DNA from: Yuukianura sp. NJ FZ-2021
Taxonomy: Eukaryota
DNA: 64,000 nt
NCBI GenBank assembly: GCA_046563655.1
Contig: CM102285.1
Coordinates: forward strand, 12,214,001-12,278,000
Direction of reading: 5' to 3'
The position numbers were made by a program, and so were the translations under genes. Each line of letters starts with the position of its first letter. Positions within the stretch are counted from its first letter, which is position 1. The notes under the pieces were generated by a model. That model was not told the origin of the DNA and ran no database searches. It was given only the letters and a program-made list of their open reading frames with translations. Positions 58,350-64,000 of the stretch are shown one piece after another.

Positions 58350-59558
58350 AGATACGGGAAACGAAACTTTACTTTGGAACAGCAGAAACATTACACAAAA
58401 AAGTATAAATTACGACATGCTAACATAAGGTTAAGAAGTTTTTCATTCACTACTTTTCATAAGTTAACTAAATAAGTATTACTGTCTTTACTTTAAACGT
58501 TTAAAAAGGCCAAGGTCATGTTGGATCTGTGTGTCTCAAAGACCAATAATCGCAAAAGCTGGAAAACTTTAAGAGGAATCAGAGAAGTATGGGTTGATGT
58601 ATCCAGTATTTTATTTCAGAAGAGTTCTCTCGATTTCCCATACTTTTTAGAATTCACCATTCCATGTTATGTTAAATTAACTTCCAATTATTAATTAAGT
58701 TATATACAATGCATATAACTTAAGAGTTCTTATGTAAATATTGTCTCTTCGCAACATTTGTTTGAAATAACGTTTTTAGTGTTAGATTTCCAAAAATTGC
58801 TCCGAAAATGGGAAGAATATGCCACTCCCTTTCCCAATTCGAAATGTATTTTAATACTTTATCAATAAACGGGATCATGTAAACTGTTTTCCCTGTTCAA
58901 CTCAATTGAAGTGACAAAATTAAGTTAGATTAACGTTAATTGAATTGAATCTAAAGCCAATTGAATAACTGTAACAAGTTGTTTAGAAAAGTAGAACGGG
59001 GGCGGGGGGTTGTTTTTTGCATGTGTTGAGAGGTGTGAAGTGGAAGATGAAAGGGGTTGAGAGGGGGAGGTGATAGTTTTCTTAAAACTTAATCCACTCT
59101 GCAGTTTAAATCTCGATATCAATCTAACATCGTAGATGCTGGAGAACGAACGGGATTCTATAGAAATTAGAGGTGAGAATACTCCAGCTGATCGTATTAA
59201 ACTAATTGATTAACGGTGAGGGTTGATTCGTTGATTTTTCATTTTAGTTAAAGAAATTCTAAAAACATGAATTTTTGACGATTTATTTTAGGACCTAAAA
59301 TTTAGGTGGATCGAATGTAAACAACACACGAAAAAGGTCATCTCCGTCTCGCACTAGTCTACAAATTCGTAAGTGAATTGTGTTAATTCTTTAATTTGCT
59401 GTTAAACTAAGAGTTATAAGGAATTTAGAAGTAATTAACGTTTCATTATAACCCAAGGCAGACAGCAAAACCATAACACTTTTGTGTTTAGGAAGAATGA
59501 CAATTGGGGCTACGTGACCTGAATTATTTTTGGAATACTTTTTTTTAGGTGCAGCAGT

Positions 59559-60420
59559 ATGAATCGTCATCCCTCGGTAATTCGTTGCTGGATCTGGACA
59601 ACGTCTGTCATCATCGTTGCGTTTATGAGTGTTAGTGTACTACAAGTTGGTGAGTGCGTTTTTACTTTTGCGGAAAAGTAACTGATTGAGATCAACTTTT
59701 TTACTACTAGATCAAGTACAACTGTGATTTTTTGTTCCAGAATGTGCAGAGTTCAAACCCCTCAAATGTTACAGATGCATTTCCATGGAATGTAAAACTT
59801 CTCCAGAAATTTGTGCCTTGGCAAAATCTTTTGTCCAATCAGAAGTAGAGCGACATTACTATACCGATGGCTATCCGCTTCCAGACTGTCCAGATCCATC
59901 CAATCTAGAAGAATGGGCCATCCTAGAAACAAAGGCACCAAGTAACATCGCTTGCGGAGAATTTGCAACTGGGCAAGCGACGTGTGTTCTTGGAAGGTTC
60001 CAAGTCAATTCCCTCGTTGTCGAAACTGAGACAAATCAGACGATCTACGGAAATGTCATGGGATGTGCAAACAAACGTTTGCTGGAAGCCGTCCGAGCTA
60101 CAACGCTTGTCAAAGAACGAAAATTCGAAAACCCGACGGACACCATTTACGGCTGCCACTCCGATTTCAGTGAAAGTGGTGTTCGGAATTCCTTGAAGCA
60201 TTATCTCCGCTTGGAACACTGCGCCCAAATCGCTTCCATGTGCTACCAGAACAATTACTGCATTCTTCCCGCCTTGACTGGTGTTCGTGACTTTACTACC
60301 AATCGGTATAACGAACTGAATGCACCAGGAATAGGATTGTTCACGATTTTCATTGTGGCAGCGGCTGTTATCGGCATAATAGTGGCAATAATGACGTTCG
60401 CGGGCATCAAGTATTCTTAA
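59559..60420 (+). CDS. Cys-rich single-pass membrane protein, paralog 2
   Basis: Signal exon, phase-1 intron, LKCYRCISMEC...CVLGRFQV...GC...LEHC...C...YC, C-terminal TM ending GIKYS. Confidence 0.8.
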
Positions 60421-60617
60421 GTTCCTCAGATTGCTTTCTAACTTAACACGATAAACGTAACCAATACTTAAAACTAACTGTTTCTGGCAGCTTGTTATAT
60501 TAAATGTTAACTCTAAACGACAACGCAGTTTCTTACACGAGTTTATACGACCAAGGCTAACCGCATTTCGATTTGGTTGGTGTCACATCCGGTTTCCTCA
60601 TTAGTTTCTATCTAGAC

Positions 60618-61439
60618 ATGGACCAGAACACTGTACTAGATATCAGAATCCTTGCACTGTTTTTTCTTTTAACTTTTGTATCTCAGACACTGTCACAATT
60701 AATTGGTAAGTATACTTTAATCTCAACTTTTTCAAAATTTTTCTAACCAATCAAAATTCAACTACAGTATTTTTGATTTTCAGGACCCCAACCTGCAAGA
60801 CTGAATTGCTACAAATGCGTAAACTACAAATGTTCCGACACTGACGACTGTAACTCCCTTCAGCAGTTTGTCCAGCATTCTCTGAAACGATTTTATCAAG
60901 TTGAAGCTCCAGAAATACCAGAATGTCCAGACCCGTCAGATGAAGTTGGCTGGGAGAGCCTGAAAGTGGAGCAACCAAATCCAGTTCCATGTCAAGGGCC
61001 ATGTACTCTCGGCCGATTCCAAGTGACCTCTACGAGTACAAGTGACGAGAGGAAGACTGTTAGCTTTGGAACAGTATTCGGATGTCCAAAGGCACAACTC
61101 TACTGGGACATTTTATATCCGAAGAGGACTCCAGAAATCAAAGGAGCGCGGCCAAAGATATGTCGCTTTGACAATGTCACCTCGGAGTCCATTGGAGTAT
61201 TAAGTTGGGGCATGCGCAATGAAATGGCATTGGAACACTGCGCTAGACTTGGTGATATTTGCAATTCCAAAAGTTTTTGTATTAGCCCTCAGGCGAGTAA
61301 GATTTTGCCGTTTGTCCAAGCGACAAGCGATGACGCTTCGGGATATTCTGGATTCATTTTCTTCGTAATTTTATTCGCAGTAATCATCGGGGTGTTGATT
61401 ACGCTCGTCACTTTTCTTGGAATTAAATATGACGTGTAA
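60618..61439 (+). CDS. Cys-rich single-pass membrane protein, paralog 3
   Basis: Signal exon, phase-1 intron, LNCYKCVNYKC...CTLGRFQV...GC...LEHC...C...FC, TM ending GIKYDV. Confidence 0.8.
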
Positions 61440-62136
61440 AGACAAAAGATTTCTTGCGAAATTTCATTGTTCTTAGAATTTGCAAATTTTTATGCCAATA
61501 ATCTCAGCGGTCAGCGTCCTTTTTTGCAGGTTTTTTGCAAAAGTCGAAGTTTGGTTTGATTCTTCAATTTTTTGAAACCTTACCCTTGTCGACTACTGTG
61601 CTGCAAATGTTTGCATTTTTTGCAAGGTTTTGCAAATGCTACCATTCTCACTCAATGTTGAAGCACGCAACAATTTAGCACGTATGATGAATAAACGCCC
61701 TAAATATCTTAGTACTAACTTTTTTTATAGACGTTTTATAGACATATTTCAATAGACACTTTAGATAACAGTGGTATAGAATCTGCAAAATGATCCCGAG
61801 TCTTACTAAACTTCTGTTTTCTTCTTCACCCCGCCAAACCCCTTCTGATTTCTGCATGTTCACAGAAGTGTTAAGTGGTAATTAATTCCTAATTAAAACG
61901 ACTAACAAACCCCTCTTCTTTTGTCTTTTTGTTACGTTAACACAAACAGCTAGAGCTAACAGTTATTCCTTTCTTGGAATGTTAAGTGCAGGCTTTATAT
62001 GGTAAATGAGTGGCATTCATTGTTCATGGACTGAGAGTTGAATATGTCCAGAGTTCAATGGTAACGTCGACAAGGTTGTTATTTAGAAGGTTTCGGTTTG
62101 AGGTCAAAGGTCACGATCACTTTGGAGCTACAGAAA

Positions 62137-63131
62137 ATGTTAAAGTTTGTAGCCGCTGGAATATTTTTGTGCCTTCTGGCTGCCATCATACAGGGTAAGA
62201 ATTTTAGCTCATCGTTTCCACGGAGGGAGTTAGTTAACCTTACCATTATGCTAACTTGCTACTTGCCAACGCTACTTGCTACTTATTATTGCTAATACAT
62301 CTTTGTTAATTAGTAATCATGAAGGCAAATTAATAGTTAAGTTAACGATTTTTGAGTAAAGATGAAACGTTAATACTTTTTTCAGGGACGGAGTCTCTCA
62401 AGTGCTACAAGTGTCTTAGCTTGGACTGTCCCGAAGGTGGCTTCGGAGAAAAGAACGAAAGACTGTGCCAATCCGTCCGCAGCTTTATCATAACCTCGAT
62501 TAACCAATTTTACGAAGTAGGAGTTGCCGGGTACATCGGAGTTTGTCCAGCAAGGGAAGAGACACTTCAATGGACTCTGTTGCAACAGAATCCAACTTCG
62601 GAGTGCTCAGAAATCCGGGAAGGAGCGACATGTTCCTTAGGCAGACTTCAAATCCTGACTGGCGGAAGTACTGAGGAACCAGTCGTATCTCATGCAACTA
62701 TTCTTGGATGCTTGAAACCAGCTCTTTTGTATCACATGAAGAAGGCAGCACCCAGTAGCAGTGCAATGGCGTGCAGCATTTACAGACAAAATAATACTGG
62801 AGCAGCACAGGCCCATTTTGTCCATCACTTGATGCTGGAAAACTGTCCGAAAGCTACTGACTACTGCAATGTCAAGAACTTTTGTGTTCCTTTTGAAGAG
62901 AGCGTAGTCAGAGTGTTTCATAGTCGGAAGGTGGATCATTCCTTTGAAAATGGACTGATCATTGGCATAATTGCGCTCATCGTGGTCCTTGTTCTGGTGG
63001 CTTATATTAGTGGAACTTGCGTGAATCCGCTAAGTCGCAGCTCAAATTACACTCCAGCGGTCATGGTCAGAACTGATGAAGAAAATAGTCCTGCAGTGGA
63101 ACTGGATGCCAAAACGAACGTCATTGATTAA
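62137..63131 (+). CDS. Cys-rich single-pass membrane protein, paralog 4 (closest to paralog 1)
   Basis: Signal exon, LKCYKCLSLDCP...NERLCQSVRS...CSLGRLQI...SHATILGCLK...LENCPK, TM, NPL..SNYTP tail. Confidence 0.82.
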
Positions 63132-63147
63132 CCAATTTAACTTAAGG

Positions 63148-63223
63148 AAATACTTGGATACTTGGTGAAATGTTAACCAAAATACTTGGATACTTGGTGA
63201 AATGTTAACCAAAATACTTGGAT
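63148..63223. repeat. 32-bp tandem duplication (~2.4 copies)
   Basis: AAATACTTGGATACTTGGTGAAATGTTAACCA repeated between two convergent 3' ends. Confidence 0.85.
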
Positions 63224-63308
63224 CCTAATTGCAGTCAGAGCAGCAGACTTTGTTACCAGATTTACATTAAGTTATTTAATAAAATTGGTTTAATTTTTGT
63301 AACTTTTG

Positions 63309-64000
63309 CTACCTCTCTTCTAAGAGGTCAAAGTTTTTCACTGTGAGGTCAATCCGTTTCACTTTGAATGTAGAAAGGTTAGAATGCTTAAAGTTCTTCC
63401 AGACGTGTGCTTGAATTTGATTCGCAGATAAGAAGGATACTTCCGGAACTCTGATGCCTTCTGTTGGTTGATCTTCCAGCTTGATTGAAACTGTTACAAC
63501 CCTGGAACGTCGCCGGTTCCAGTTGATTTCTTCTTCAATCCGGGTCACCAGCTCTTCACATAATCCTTCAAGGTCATCTTGGAGATCAGTGGCAGTCAAG
63601 GTAGATTCTTCTAAAATTGGAAAATATTCTACACTTTTGGCCATAATTTTTTGAAAATCTTACTTTTAGATCTAAAACTTACTTGGATACTGCTTGGCGA
63701 CATTGATGCTGCTGAAGTATGTCAACTGCGTCACTTTCGCGGAACAACATCCCTGACAAGTACTCAAAAACGCCAGTGCTTGGTCAGGCGAAACCGTTCC
63801 ATTTTCAACTGCGTCGATTGTGTCAACAGTAGCTGCTCCAAGGTCAGCCATCGTTTTGAACTGCTTGGACAAAATCTCTCCAGCTTTTCCACCCAATCCA
63901 GGAACAGAAGTCAACGGAATCTTGTCAGCAATATTCTGGAATCCTTCTTCGTTTGCCACAATCGTCAATCCCGCTGGTTTTCCAAATCCACAAGCCAGTT
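63309..64000 (-). CDS. Y-family DNA polymerase, Pol eta-like (3' part; runs off the window)
   Basis: LACGFGKPAGLTIV, IPLTSVPGLGGKAG (thumb HhH), little-finger-like LCEELVTRIEEE...VTVSI; intron 63682-63611. Confidence 0.8.

Overview
Gene-dense eukaryotic (animal, arthropod-like) genomic DNA with many 55-100 nt GT-AG introns. A gustatory receptor, a peritrophin and TCAGT initiators point to a pancrustacean, possibly a springtail or other basal hexapod (inference only). Protein genes in order: a large Ser-rich gene (minus, partial) with a palindromic Tc1 derivative in one intron, BTF3, RpL7A (hosting C/D snoRNAs U36, U33 and a third candidate), ERCC1, COA3/CCDC56 followed closely by TFB1M, an SLC7 transporter, RBM42, PRP4 kinase, a Dcr2/PAP16-like metallophosphoesterase, an F-box/LRR protein, DHDH, a small RING-H2 protein, FGGY, DDX51, a gustatory receptor, a divergent TRPC channel, four paralogous Cys-rich type-I membrane proteins, a mucin-like peritrophin, an unknown gene and a partial Pol eta-like polymerase. 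The most notable signal is non-coding: an ORF-less ~371-nt minus-strand unit between RpL7A and BTF3 (11077-11447). It folds by eye into a metazoan telomerase RNA architecture: TCAGT initiator, P1 helix, TTAGG template ACCUAACC, vertebrate-like U-rich/A-rich pseudoknot, long P4/P5 arm, and box H + hairpin + ACA. All structures were derived by hand and need computational and experimental confirmation.
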